A DNA stretch of 64,000 bases from a virus (IMGVR_UViG_3300026549_000001:32001-96000); one strand, 5' to 3'; positions 40,867 to 52,022 are shown, counted from the stretch's first letter. Numbers and translations are program-made. Notes: generated by a model from the sequence alone, not told the origin.

Positions 40867-42168
40867 TTATTCAATAATTTGTTCTATATAAATGGCTTTA
40901 CCTCCACCCGTATTACGAGTATAGAGGGCTTTATATGGATATATATTTCCACCACTCCATAATGGCTCTTGTGTGTCGGTAATTAAAAATAAATGATTTT
41001 CGGAATTAACCTTGATACATCTTACTGGCTCAATAGACACTTCATCTTTTGCTATTAATCCATAACTCTCTAATATATTGTTGGTGCTTCCAAGAACTCT
41101 GTCTGTGTATAATTTCAATTCTTCTGCGGAAGTTTCAGCATACCCTACATTTAGTTTGCGTTTATTTTTAAAGGTTTCAGCAGATTTTAATTCTTTGGGG
41201 AATTTATGTATTTTATCAGAAATTACATTTATTGTATTCAGACCTGATGCAAAGGTAAGACTATAAACTTTATCGGGAATTAGTATATCATGTACTTCCA
41301 CAACCTTGACTGGTTTATTGTTTATATCAAATACCATATCGCCCACTTCAATAGTAGCCATTGTTTTATATCCTTTTGTAGTAGGAATAACAGTATTTAA
41401 TCCTAATGGCGCACCACTAATAAGACTTTGTGGCTGTCGAGGTAAAGTAGTATCTTCAGGAATATAATTACCTTTTTCATCTTTATATTGACTATGGTAT
41501 CTTCTACTTTTAGGAACAGCATCAATTACCCAAGACACTTCACCTTTACCAGAAATACCCAATGGCATCTCTCTAAAGTGTTTTAACCAACTACCCGCCC
41601 AACGAGCCATATTCGGGGGTTTATCGTTTCCTACAAAGGTCATATATCTTTCTTCAAGATGTAACTCATATCCCCAAGTGAAATTTGGTAAGAAAGAATT
41701 AAGCTGTTGAAGAATAATAGATAATACTTTTTCATCAAATGAAGTAGGTTCAACTTCTACATCTATTTTATTGATATTACCATACTTATAGCCTAACTTG
41801 AAAGGTACTTTATTATAATCTAACCCCTCACCTTTCTTGTCAACCATTTTTTGTAGGATTTCATATACTTGTTGAATCTCTTTTCTTTGTTCTTCAACTT
41901 TAGATTTTTTGATAGTCATAAAGACCATCATAATAATAAGGGAAATAACAGCGTAGCCTAATACAATACCCCAATAAGCACTTTTTAGAGGACTTATTTT
42001 AGGAACTAATATTTGAGCAATTATCCCCACAAGAAAAAGAACAGCTAAAATAATACTATCTCTTTTTGAAAAAGAATAGCTTTCTTCCACTTCGTCAGAA
42101 ATGCCTAATATTTTATTAGCGGCAAATTGTGATATTGCTACTATTATAAAATATATTAGTATAAACAC
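40867..42168 (-). CDS. FtsK-like ATPase 2, piece A: TM N-terminus, cis mini-intein, TGGGK, then a 9-aa intein N-tag (40870-40896)
   Basis: QSLISGA/[intein]/TGGGK/AIYIEQIIE*. Confidence 0.85.
   Translation of the reverse strand: MFILIYFIIVAISQFAANKILGISDEVEESYSFSKRDSIILAVLFLVGIIAQILVPKISPLKSAYWGIVLGYAVISLIIMMVFMTIKKSKVEEQRKEIQQVYEILQKMVDKKGEGLDYNKVPFKLGYKYGNINKIDVEVEPTSFDEKVLSIILQQLNSFLPNFTWGYELHLEERYMTFVGNDKPPNMARWAGSWLKHFREMPLGISGKGEVSWVIDAVPKSRRYHSQYKDEKGNYIPEDTTLPRQPQSLISGAPLGLNTVIPTTKGYKTMATIEVGDMVFDINNKPVKVVEVHDILIPDKVYSLTFASGLNTINVISDKIHKFPKELKSAETFKNKRKLNVGYAETSAEELKLYTDRVLGSTNNILESYGLIAKDEVSIEPVRCIKVNSENHLFLITDTQEPLWSGGNIYPYKALYTRNTGGGKAIYIEQIIE
40912..41409 (-). mobile_element. Cis mini-intein (166 aa, class 3-like)
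   Basis: PLGLNTVIPT..TIEVGDMVFD; SDKIHKF; EPVRCIKV; YTRN/T. Confidence 0.85.
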
Positions 42169-42195
42169 TTAATTTCCCTCCTTTGTATGTTTACA

Positions 42196-43383
42196 TTACC
42201 ATTTGTTTACCATACTATTTGTTGTCGAGTTTGTGAAATTGTTTGTTATATTATAATCTGTGGAAATATAATATTTTGTATCTTCTTTTTCTAATATGAC
42301 AAAGGTAAACACTTTTGAATCTTCATTCTTGCTATAAGGTTTATCCCAAGTGTATCTTGTTTTAGCATAAATAGCAATAGAATCATCTCCTGTGATAACA
42401 ATGTCATAGTTATCAGCTAATTCAATATCAGCTATCTTCAAATTGCTTACGGTATTATTCCAAGTACATATACCTTTTATTGCGGCTTGTATATCTTGAA
42501 TATCAGTAGGTGAAATATCTTCAACAAAATATTTAGCCCATTCGCTAATTGTTAAATCTTGTGCATCGTATAACTGAAATAGTGCGTTAAAATTATCTTT
42601 AACAGCGGTTAATGCTTCTGCAATAAAATCAGCATCAGTTATAGATGGGCAAATGGTATATTTTGCTAATTTAGTATCTTCATCGGTAGTAGGAGTAACC
42701 TCTACTTCAAATGCACCAAATTCTGTTTCTACTGTTGCTTTAAGTATTCTTTTAGGAATAGTTAAGGTGTAAACCACTCTACCCATAGATACCTCTTTGG
42801 GTTTGAATTGTTCATCAAGTTTTACACCATTAAATGTAATATCACAATCTTTTGGTGCAAGAATAGTAACATCTTTTTCATAGAAATCAGAATAATCTAT
42901 ATACCAATTATCATCATCAGCTAATACAGTATATACAGTAATACTTTGTCCATTTATAATTAAGTCTGCATTAGCTTTTCCACTATTCTCGTTAAAGTTA
43001 GTAATTTCTATTGTTCCGTTATTAATAAACTCACTAAAGGTACTTCTCTTAAAATGATAAGATAAATCCTCAAGAGTTACAACAGAATTTGTAGGTAACA
43101 ATAAAACAGTATTTAGGGCTTCATAGTTTTCAGTTTCTAATGCCCTTGCAAAGTGTTCAATAGCCTTATAACTTAATTTATTGATATAAGGGGCTTCTGT
43201 TATAACATCAACCTCTGTAGTTGTTTCTACCTCTGCTGTTGGAGTAGGTATTGTTGTAGGACTTATATACGGAGTTTCTACAACAGGGGGAACAGTATTA
43301 TTTTTAGGTTCTGCGGGTTTAGGATTGCAAGCCATTAAGGAAGCAATAACTACGCAGGGTATTATCATTGTTATTTTTTTCAT
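42196..43383 (-). CDS. Lipoprotein with Thr/Pro-rich linker
   Basis: LMAC lipobox. Confidence 0.7.
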   Translation of the reverse strand: MKKITMIIPCVVIASLMACNPKPAEPKNNTVPPVVETPYISPTTIPTPTAEVETTTEVDVITEAPYINKLSYKAIEHFARALETENYEALNTVLLLPTNSVVTLEDLSYHFKRSTFSEFINNGTIEITNFNENSGKANADLIINGQSITVYTVLADDDNWYIDYSDFYEKDVTILAPKDCDITFNGVKLDEQFKPKEVSMGRVVYTLTIPKRILKATVETEFGAFEVEVTPTTDEDTKLAKYTICPSITDADFIAEALTAVKDNFNALFQLYDAQDLTISEWAKYFVEDISPTDIQDIQAAIKGICTWNNTVSNLKIADIELADNYDIVITGDDSIAIYAKTRYTWDKPYSKNEDSKVFTFVILEKEDTKYYISTDYNITNNFTNSTTNSMVNKW

Positions 43384-43398
43384 TTCAACATTCTTTCC

Positions 43399-44432
43399 TT
43401 ATTTAATGTATTCCGATACATCAAAAGACATATCGTAGTTTAAACTTGTAAATATTCTAATAACATCTTCAATAAGTTTCTTTAACATTTCATTTGATGT
43501 TAAGGTTAAGTGCTTATTAAAATATTCACTTGTTTCTAATCCTTCTCTAAAACTTTCATTTGCCAATAATAAATTGGTAGATATTTTGTCATCTTCGATA
43601 TAATCTTTAATATATATATAGTCTATACCAAAGTAATGATTAAATGCTTCAGTTAATTCTATTGATACTAATTGGAAAAAATAAGTAGCAAAGAAGTTTG
43701 CATCTATTTGTTCTTCTATATAAGCAACTATTTCTTCCGTAGATTTTGTTTTTGTTAAAGGATATACCGAATCATTTAAATTATCATTATCTACAAAAAA
43801 ATATTCAGATAAGAACATTTTTTCTTTTAGTTTTGGATTAGCTTTTAATAACTTCTCAAACATATTTAAACTCCTATATATTGTCTATAATATACATCTA
43901 CATAAGATGCAGAATATACCTCATAAACTTTTCTAAACACATCTCTTATGAATTCTACTATATCTTCAGGGGCTAACATTTCATCTTCTTCTATATCATC
44001 ATCTTCTTCATCAGAAAAATCATTATAAAGAGCATCTTCCCCACAAAAATATTTAATAAATACAGGATTGCCATTTAAATAATCTGTGTCGATAAAATCA
44101 TCTTTTATTGCTCCTTCAAATACTGTATAAAGTTCTTCGGGAGCATCCTCAAATTGATGAAAGAATATAACTCTGCACCAATAATAAAGCTCTTTTACTA
44201 TTTTAGCAGTTGTATGCTCTATCCCCGCAAGAGCCACATTATCTTTATCAATTAATTCAATAATAGTATCTATTGGGGTATCGGGAGCAATCTTTAACTT
44301 TTTCCGTTCATCCTCAAATAGCGAAGTTGTTATAAGAGAACGAACTATATCTCTATTATCTAATACTATTTTTGTAAAGGTACATACATCCATTATATTT
44401 TTCTCCGTAGTAAATTTTAAGTGAATAGCCAA
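43399..44432 (-). CDS. Two acidic hypothetical proteins
   Basis: ORF track. Confidence 0.5.
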
Positions 44433-45655
44433 TAATAAGGAATATCCTCTTTTTTGTAATGATAATAATTAGAGGTATTACTATTACCTAAAAAAGAATC
44501 TCCATGTGAAGCGGCATATCCTAAATCATAATATAAATTATCCACACTTATCCAAGCGTGATGGCTGTTTGGAGAATTGTATTTCCCCTCACAATATACA
44601 GCATTTATGCCTATTCGTTTACACGCATATAATAAAGTCAAACTATAACCCATACAAGATGCTTTATGTTTTTCAAATACTTCTTCTATATGGTAACAAG
44701 AAGCATTATATTTTGCCATTGATAATATCTTCTTACAAAGTGCCATTACTACATTGTGTTTTGTATCTGACTTAACATTTTGTAATAGTCCATCTATATA
44801 AGTTAAATTCTTATTTGACTGTCGTATAAGTCCTTGTATAGTAGAAGCATCCCAACCTAAATATAGAACTCCCATTCTATAATAATACGCCATAATCATA
44901 CCTTCTCCAAAATTACCAAACTCTACTACAGGATGTCCAAATACCCATTCAGCATAAACATCTCCATAAAACGGAATAGTTAAAGGGAAATAATATGAGT
45001 ATAAATATCCGCATATATTTTCATAAGTTTCAATTGGAGTTGTTGTTTCTATTGATGCTATATGTATACCACTATCCGTATTTATTATTTCTTCTACAAT
45101 TTGTTTTTCTGCCGCAGTTAAATTGACAGGACATATAGATATTGGAAATCTTTTAGATGTGTCTATATAATCATTTGGAATAGGCGAAGGTGTTATATAC
45201 GGAGTTGGAATACTTGTTATATTGGGTGTTGGAATATCTGTTGGATTAATGGTCGGAGTTTCAGTAATTATTGAAGTAGTAGGAGCAACAGTTATATTTA
45301 TTGTTGGAGAGGGAATAACTGTTGGAGTAATATATGGAGTAGGAGTAATTATAGGAGTGTTGCTTATTTCTATAAAAGGAGTTGAAGTAACTTCTATAAT
45401 AGGCTCTTTTGTAACTTCTATATTGGGTACATCAGTAGGGGTATCTATCGCAAACAAAAAACGCCTTTTTAGAGGGCGTTTCTGTGGTTGACAGGTTTCT
45501 TTATTTTCTATGAAATCATTCGTTGTAGGGGTTATTTTGTGCGTTTCAGAAGGGGGTGTATACTTTACCATTGAGTACGCATCTTGCGGCGTTACACAAC
45601 AAATTGTTCCCAATATAATACATAGCACAATAACCATTATTACTATGCGATTCAT
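44417..45655 (-). CDS. Exported transglutaminase-like protein with T/P-rich linker
   Basis: ASCMGYS..HAW..YYD Cys-His-Asp triad. Confidence 0.75.
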   Translation of the reverse strand: MNRIVIMVIVLCIILGTICCVTPQDAYSMVKYTPPSETHKITPTTNDFIENKETCQPQKRPLKRRFLFAIDTPTDVPNIEVTKEPIIEVTSTPFIEISNTPIITPTPYITPTVIPSPTINITVAPTTSIITETPTINPTDIPTPNITSIPTPYITPSPIPNDYIDTSKRFPISICPVNLTAAEKQIVEEIINTDSGIHIASIETTTPIETYENICGYLYSYYFPLTIPFYGDVYAEWVFGHPVVEFGNFGEGMIMAYYYRMGVLYLGWDASTIQGLIRQSNKNLTYIDGLLQNVKSDTKHNVVMALCKKILSMAKYNASCYHIEEVFEKHKASCMGYSLTLLYACKRIGINAVYCEGKYNSPNSHHAWISVDNLYYDLGYAASHGDSFLGNSNTSNYYHYKKEDIPYYWLFT

Positions 45656-45679
45656 TTTTATACATCCCTGCCTATGAAG

Positions 45680-46174
45680 TTATCCTATATAATCGTCAAT
45701 GTTTATATCTACATCAAAATCATATTGGAAATTAGAATTGATGGTTGTTCTGATATAATCCATCAAGAAATCCTCAAATACTTCTTGTGGAACATCATCA
45801 ACTGTATAAAAAGAATCGGAATCATAAAGTTCAAAATCCTCATGTTCAAAAAGTTCTGTTTTTATTTGAGGATATGTTTTTAGTATTTTTGCAACATCTA
45901 TTTTATGCATCGTCTATTTCTTCCTTCATTATTAAATAGGTTTTCTTATCATTAAAACTTTCTTTATTGGATATTCACCACTATCTGTATATAGGGTATC
46001 TACAAACACTTTAGAAATACAACAGGTAATAAAATTACCGTCTTTTAGCATTATACCAACAGGTTCACCATAAGTGACAAAAACTCGGCTTTCTCCTATA
46101 TAATCTGCACCTGTAAATTTTACACCGTTATCTGTTTGTGTTATCTTTAAGTTTTTAGAAATAATATATTCCAT
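45680..46174 (-). CDS. Two small hypothetical proteins
   Basis: ORF track. Confidence 0.45.
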
Positions 46175-46507
46175 CTATGCCCTCTTTAATTCTACAAACC
46201 CCATACTATTTATAAAATATCGTCTGCCATCTTCAAGTTCCACTATGTCAGAAACACTTAAACTTCTTGCTTTATAATCTTTGGGTTGGTTGGTATTTAA
46301 TAAATTATATAAGTATGATAAAACACGGTACTCACTTTCATTAATTTTTAGGTCGGATATTTCTCCCTCATATACATTACGCCATTCTTTTAAATGTTCG
46401 GAAGTAAAACTCTCACCTTTTATATTATCGTGGTTCATACTATAATAATCCCAATTCATAAAACAAGAATCATTATCAGTTGGTAATTGATAAATAATAT
46501 ATTTCAC
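46175..46507 (-). CDS. YodL-like domain protein
   Basis: Y.IYQL..VYEG..P.DY..RSLSVSDIV..YF..S.GF. Confidence 0.8.
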   Translation of the reverse strand: MKYIIYQLPTDNDSCFMNWDYYSMNHDNIKGESFTSEHLKEWRNVYEGEISDLKINESEYRVLSYLYNLLNTNQPKDYKARSLSVSDIVELEDGRRYFINSMGFVELKRA

Positions 46508-46520
46508 TTATACCCACCAC

Positions 46521-47781
46521 CTACATTAGCTCACTTACACCGAATGTCGGAACTTTAAACTTACCAATATTAAAGAATATTACATCTAAATTCTTTATGT
46601 TGTCATATTCTTCTCTTGGAATCTCTACATATAATAACCCTGTTATTCTTCGCATACTCAAAGTAGATTTATATTGCTGTTCAAACAGTTCTTCTAATTT
46701 GTTATATTCAAAGTCATCGTATTGGTTAATAACCCCATCTTTAATTAATAACCTTCTCATATAGGGCGAAGATACTAATTGTAAAATATCACAATGACTT
46801 ATATCAATTTCCATTCCTTCTACATTTAAAAACTCTTGCAATACCATATAAAGTGTCCTTTTTAATTATTAAATATATGACTAATTTCCATACCAGTTGC
46901 GATTACCACCCACAATTATTTCTGCTATTAGAGATATAAGACCTATAATAGCGAAACCAATGACTATGCCAATTAGTAGTGTCATTTATATTATCACCTC
47001 ATTTATTAAGCATACGGAGGACTTTCAAAAGAGAAAATGCCTTTTTCCGTATAAGCACTTCCAATAGCGGGTTGTTGTTCTAACCAGTCAAGAAGTTGTT
47101 CATTTAATACTACTTTTTCTAAATCATTTAGTAATTCTTCATATTCACTATCTTTGGTTATAGTATATATTCTTTCTAAAATGGGTACGGTATCAGAAAT
47201 ATATGTATAAAGCCAATTAGCACTTCCACTTATATTATTTACCCACCCTTTTAGTCCGTAATGGTTATCAAAAACATCTCCGTCATTATACCACTTATAT
47301 TGGAGTTTACATAATGCTGTTACTGCTTGATTAGCCCTATTTGTACCGTCCCCATAGCCAGGTAAATATTTCTCTATAATTTCAGCTCTTGTCATAATAT
47401 TTTTTATATCCCGTGATATTCTTCAAAATGCCAACCTGTTTTATCAGTATATCTTGCATAAAGGAACGGAAACCCATTATGTCCACCGCCAGGATGGTAA
47501 TAATCCATGTCAACAGTACACCAAAATACGAGTTCATCACCCGATTTTGACCGCTCTACTAATCCCTCTGCTTTTACGCGCAGTTCTCTAAAAATCAGTT
47601 TTAAAAAACCAACCTTTTCAACTATATCTTGTGAGTCATATTCTATGATTAATCTATACTCTCTGTCTATAATTTTGGTATTGAAGATTAAATCAGAAAG
47701 ACCAGTGCGTTTTCTAATTTCATCAGACAGTTCTTCCATTGGTATTGAATGAAAGAACTCTTTTGCTTTTTCTATATCCAT
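46521..47781 (-). CDS. Three hypothetical proteins (46521-46847, 47006-47395, 47404-47781)
   Basis: ORF track; 47006-47395 is paralogous to 54612-55022. Confidence 0.55.
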
Positions 47782-47798
47782 ATTATCCCACTTTCTAT

Positions 47799-48290
47799 TT
47801 ATAGTATACCGTTTGCTACTTTAGCTTGTTTTACTAACAATTCATATTCTTCTTGCGTACATTGGTTGGTATCTAACAATCTTCTATATTCTGTAATAAG
47901 ATTATCAATATGAGATTGTTTGTAACTATTATCAGCTTTCTTTAATTGTGCATCTGATATTTGCTTCTTCCATTTATGTAAATTAGGAGAACAATAAAAT
48001 TCTGTAAAAGATAGTTCAGGCAAAGTAATAGTTAATTCATCAGCAGACAAAGCATCTGTATTTAATGTGGGGTGAAAAGTATTGATATAATATACTTCAT
48101 AAACAATCATATCTGCTTCACTTTTACATTCAGCGTATTCTATCTTTGTTACATATTGAGGATTAATATTTATACGGTCTAATCCCTTTGTTAAATGCTC
48201 TCTTATTCTTTGTGCAAGAGGTCTTTTAGTTCTTCCTATATATACAACTACATCATCATAATATATTTTATATATAAAATATCTCTTCAT
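47799..48290 (-). CDS. GIY-YIG family nuclease
   Basis: FIY..VYIGRT..R..EH..E..YI..P.LN. Confidence 0.75.
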   Translation of the reverse strand: MKRYFIYKIYYDDVVVYIGRTKRPLAQRIREHLTKGLDRININPQYVTKIEYAECKSEADMIVYEVYYINTFHPTLNTDALSADELTITLPELSFTEFYCSPNLHKWKKQISDAQLKKADNSYKQSHIDNLITEYRRLLDTNQCTQEEYELLVKQAKVANGIL

Positions 48291-48310
48291 TATTCCCTAC
48301 AATAAGTATA

Positions 48311-49834
48311 TCAATAAGTAAATGTCCAACTGCCCGCTAAACTATCATTCAATCCGCTTAACATCTTAATATTAAGTGTTCCATCATAAGTGTTTCCCTC
48401 AATTGTAATTGATGCGGGGAGTGAATATGTCAAGCATCCTAAAATGTTGTTCGGGTCATACAACGGTTCAAAATTATCTAATGTTAAATTATCAACATTT
48501 ACTTTATCGTCAAATGCCATTTTAATTTGTTCAATTACTAATGGAAATAGTTTGTTGAAAATCTGTAATGTTGTTTCATTTGTGAGAGGTTGTCCATAAG
48601 GATAAAACTCATGGTCAGTAGTTCCTTGAATTTTAACACGACAATCTTGTATTGTTTGATTAGCACCTACTGTAAAGGTATATTCACTATAAAAATGACT
48701 TGCCATTAAGGGATGTAATTCGTCTGCGTGTTTACAAAAATCTGTGTTTATCTTATAAACTGTTGTTCCGTCATACGATGTATCTTTTTGATACTCATAG
48801 TCATATAAACGGGAACAAATATATGGTTGAGCTTCTTCAAGTTTGAAAAACTTATCAAATGTTCCTTTATTATCTGCAATACTAAATACATCACCAAGTC
48901 TGCCATTAAATATAGAAGGTATATCTATTGGAAAATCAGTAGCAATGGACTCATATCCTATATCATATCCATTTGCCCAATTATGAGCATCAGTATCAAG
49001 ATATACTCCAATCTCTAAATCTAATGGCTTGTTATTACCCTTTAAATATATTCCACGAGTGATTGTATACTTATTTGTGTTATCATATTCATCTGTATTT
49101 TCAATATATTCTAAAAGCCTATATTGATAGTCTGAAACATCTATCGAAGGAGCATATATAATCGAATGTGCCATTGATTCATCAAACATAGCCATTAGAA
49201 TTTCTTTTGCCATTGTTTGTAAATCTGTTGGAGGAATATTACCAATATCAGTCATCTCTACTCGGATTCTGTGATTACCAATGGTTTCGCTTGTGTCAGT
49301 AGATATACTTACCTCTAATGAAGTATCATATATACTCTGTGCATCAGAAGCATAGCCCACGATAGTGATTTCTCCACATTGTTTCACAAACCCTGAATTA
49401 TTAGGGGCATCAAAGGCATTACCCTCTCCCCATTCTCTATAATGAGTAGTGAATGTTAGATTTTTACCAAATTGTGTATTCTTTAATTTTTCCATAATCT
49501 CCTGTTCGTTTAAGGAAAATGGAGACTGTAGAAAATACACTTTATCTCCCCTATATTCAAATTCCTTTGTTTTCAGTTCAGGTAATATGGTTTTCAAGTT
49601 CACATCTTCGGAATTAAATACCACAGGTGAATTTGTTACATCTATATAAGGTGTTGGTTCTGTTACTTGTTCTGTTTCTTTAGGTGTTTCGTTTGGTAAT
49701 ATCGTCTCTTTTGGAGATGGGGTGGTATTATCTTTATTAGGATTACACGCAAATAAAGATAAACACATTCCTATAACCATTAATATTATAATTGTCTTTT
49801 TCACAAATACTTTCCTTTCTAATAAACTTTCCAA
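48311..49834 (-). CDS. Large lipoprotein
   Basis: LFAC lipobox, T/P linker. Confidence 0.7.
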   Translation of the reverse strand: MESLLERKVFVKKTIIILMVIGMCLSLFACNPNKDNTTPSPKETILPNETPKETEQVTEPTPYIDVTNSPVVFNSEDVNLKTILPELKTKEFEYRGDKVYFLQSPFSLNEQEIMEKLKNTQFGKNLTFTTHYREWGEGNAFDAPNNSGFVKQCGEITIVGYASDAQSIYDTSLEVSISTDTSETIGNHRIRVEMTDIGNIPPTDLQTMAKEILMAMFDESMAHSIIYAPSIDVSDYQYRLLEYIENTDEYDNTNKYTITRGIYLKGNNKPLDLEIGVYLDTDAHNWANGYDIGYESIATDFPIDIPSIFNGRLGDVFSIADNKGTFDKFFKLEEAQPYICSRLYDYEYQKDTSYDGTTVYKINTDFCKHADELHPLMASHFYSEYTFTVGANQTIQDCRVKIQGTTDHEFYPYGQPLTNETTLQIFNKLFPLVIEQIKMAFDDKVNVDNLTLDNFEPLYDPNNILGCLTYSLPASITIEGNTYDGTLNIKMLSGLNDSLAGSWTFTY

Positions 49835-49863
49835 GAGCGTTTTTCTAAAAATGTTATTATGCT

Positions 49864-50790
49864 CTATTCATCCCAATAATCGAATAATTGAACTTCTATA
49901 ACCTCGTTATTTTCATATCTCGTAAATCCGCGTCCACAAACAGTCAAATTTGATTTATTGGTAATATCTTTTTCAAATACTGTAAAAGAGGTATAGGAAC
50001 TGCATTCTCCTATTATTAATTTGTTTGACACATAACACAATAAATCTTTAGGAACATAAGAATAGGAAAGTTTTGACGGCAGTAATAATACATTAATCCC
50101 AGCGCGTTTGCCTAATCTTATAAGACTACCAAGAGCATTATTTATTCTATCTATTAAAACATACTTATTTTGTTGTAACTCACCGTACATATCATTAACA
50201 CATAATATAATATTTTTCCTATGATACGGTAGTTTATCTACACTATCCACTTGATGTTGTTCCATACATTTATATAACCTCATCATTCGGTCGTATAATC
50301 TTTGAACAGCATCTACACTATCTGTAAAAGATGAAACATAAGTAATACCATTAATATGTTGTAAATGTGAAAAGTCACCGTTTACATCACAGAATATAAA
50401 TTCTATACTATCAAGATTATTTAATATATGCCGCATTATAAGACTAATAAACATTTGTTTATTTGTATAGGATTCTGCTCCAACCAACAAGCCTGTTGAT
50501 TTTAGGTTATCATTATTTCCTAAACTTAACTCCCAATTAAATGGAAATTCAGCATCGTTTACATTCATTTTACCAAGTGGAACAGTATATGGAGTTTTTG
50601 ATGCTTCGTAACTATAATGGTCTTTTAGGATTTTTTGAGTATAGTGTTTTGTTCCTCTTAACATTTGAATAGTGAGTGGAAAAGAATTGGTTATTTCCGC
50701 TTCACCCTTTGCAATAAGTTTGTTTGCTCTTTTTAAGTCTGTGGACATTAATTTTTGTCCATCTTTAGACAAAACCTTTACTTCTTTCAT
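49864..50790 (-). CDS. RRXRR/PLMP-like N-domain fused to a degenerate FtsK-like ATPase domain
   Basis: VKVLSKDGQKLMST..RANKLI..G.A..PLTIQM; ALGSLIRLGKRAGIN, FEKDI and GRGF match FtsK-1; Walker A and B are lost. Confidence 0.7.
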   Translation of the reverse strand: MKEVKVLSKDGQKLMSTDLKRANKLIAKGEAEITNSFPLTIQMLRGTKHYTQKILKDHYSYEASKTPYTVPLGKMNVNDAEFPFNWELSLGNNDNLKSTGLLVGAESYTNKQMFISLIMRHILNNLDSIEFIFCDVNGDFSHLQHINGITYVSSFTDSVDAVQRLYDRMMRLYKCMEQHQVDSVDKLPYHRKNIILCVNDMYGELQQNKYVLIDRINNALGSLIRLGKRAGINVLLLPSKLSYSYVPKDLLCYVSNKLIIGECSSYTSFTVFEKDITNKSNLTVCGRGFTRYENNEVIEVQLFDYWDE

Positions 50791-50897
50791 TGTAAGTAAC
50801 TCCTTTTGAAAATATAAACGCTTTACAGCAAAAATATATAAAACTGTTTATAGCCTGTAAGGGCTGTAATTTTAAGTCTTACGACTATATAAATATT

Positions 50898-52022
50898 TTA
50901 AAGTTCAAACACTTCAGCTCTAAAAACTAAATAGTTATCAAAAGCACATATCTTTTCAAGGTCGCATTCTGGGTCAATATAATATTCAAAATTGTGAGTA
51001 TAACCTGACTCTATATCAGCTTCATCCCAAGTTAATTTTACATCATTTGCATTATCTATTTCTCTATTACATAATACATAAGCACCTTCAGATTTTAGAG
51101 CTTTATATTGTTCCTTTGTAAGAACTACTATAGAATGAGTGGAACTACTGTTAGTTTCAAACACACCTATTCTTATGTTAATCATCTTTCTTTTCCTCCC
51201 AATTTGGAAAAGTTTAAACAATATATTCTAATTCTTTCTTCATCATTTAGTATATCCCAATCACCAGTATCTTCTGCTATTCCGATTTCCTCAAGCCAAT
51301 CTCCCACATCAATAGGGGCGTGTTCATTTATATAGAATAAATCTGCCCCATTATCAAACATTGAAGGCAAGTCCATTGACAATTCTCTTAATAAGTTATT
51401 GTTTGAAGCATCTACAACAGAAAGTTTTAGCAGTCCACTTTCATAAGTAGACACATCTATTTTTACTTTACATCTAACATATCCATCATAATAATCATAT
51501 ATATTAGAATATATCAAATTGGTTCACCTCTTTTTAATTAACATCAAATAGCGGGAAATTTGCTCCATTTTCATGACTGTTATCCCAAATTATGTCATAC
51601 TTGTCTAAATCAACTTTTAAATAAGTAGACACGAGCTTTATCACATCATCAAAGTTTGCCTTTTCTTCATTTTCCAAAATGGTTTGAATTATTAAATCTG
51701 CCGTCATCGAGAATAACCCTGAACCTACTATAATGTCACATAAATTATCCACAGTAAGTTGTTCAATTTCTTTATAATAATGTAATGCGGCAACATCAAT
51801 AGAAAGATAACTACTTTCATCTTGGACTTCAATTTCCTCATCTTCGCTTACTAAAAAGTATATCCAAGAGCAGTCTGTCATTTCTTTAACAAACTCAACC
51901 CCTAATGAAGTATTAATACTCATAGGTTTAAAATCTTCTATTAACTTAAAAATTATTTCGTTGACTATTGGGTTTTGGTTGTTACCGAACCACTCCATAT
52001 TATTTATTATTAGCTTTGCCAT
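50898..52022 (-). CDS. Three hypothetical proteins (FETNSSSTH protein 50898-51185, DUF4313-like 51182-51517, and 51534-52022)
   Basis: ORF track and internal paralogy. Confidence 0.55.

Noticed and set aside
23617-42168. FtsK-2 pieces as plain pseudogene debris or as exons of giant introns
   Set aside because: Breaks coincide with intein block boundaries, each piece has its own start, and I saw no group I or II core sequence at these breaks
50791-50897. Omega-RNA upstream of the RRXRR-domain gene
   Set aside because: Only ~100 nt with one imperfect hairpin; too short to support, and the protein has no RuvC or HNH domain
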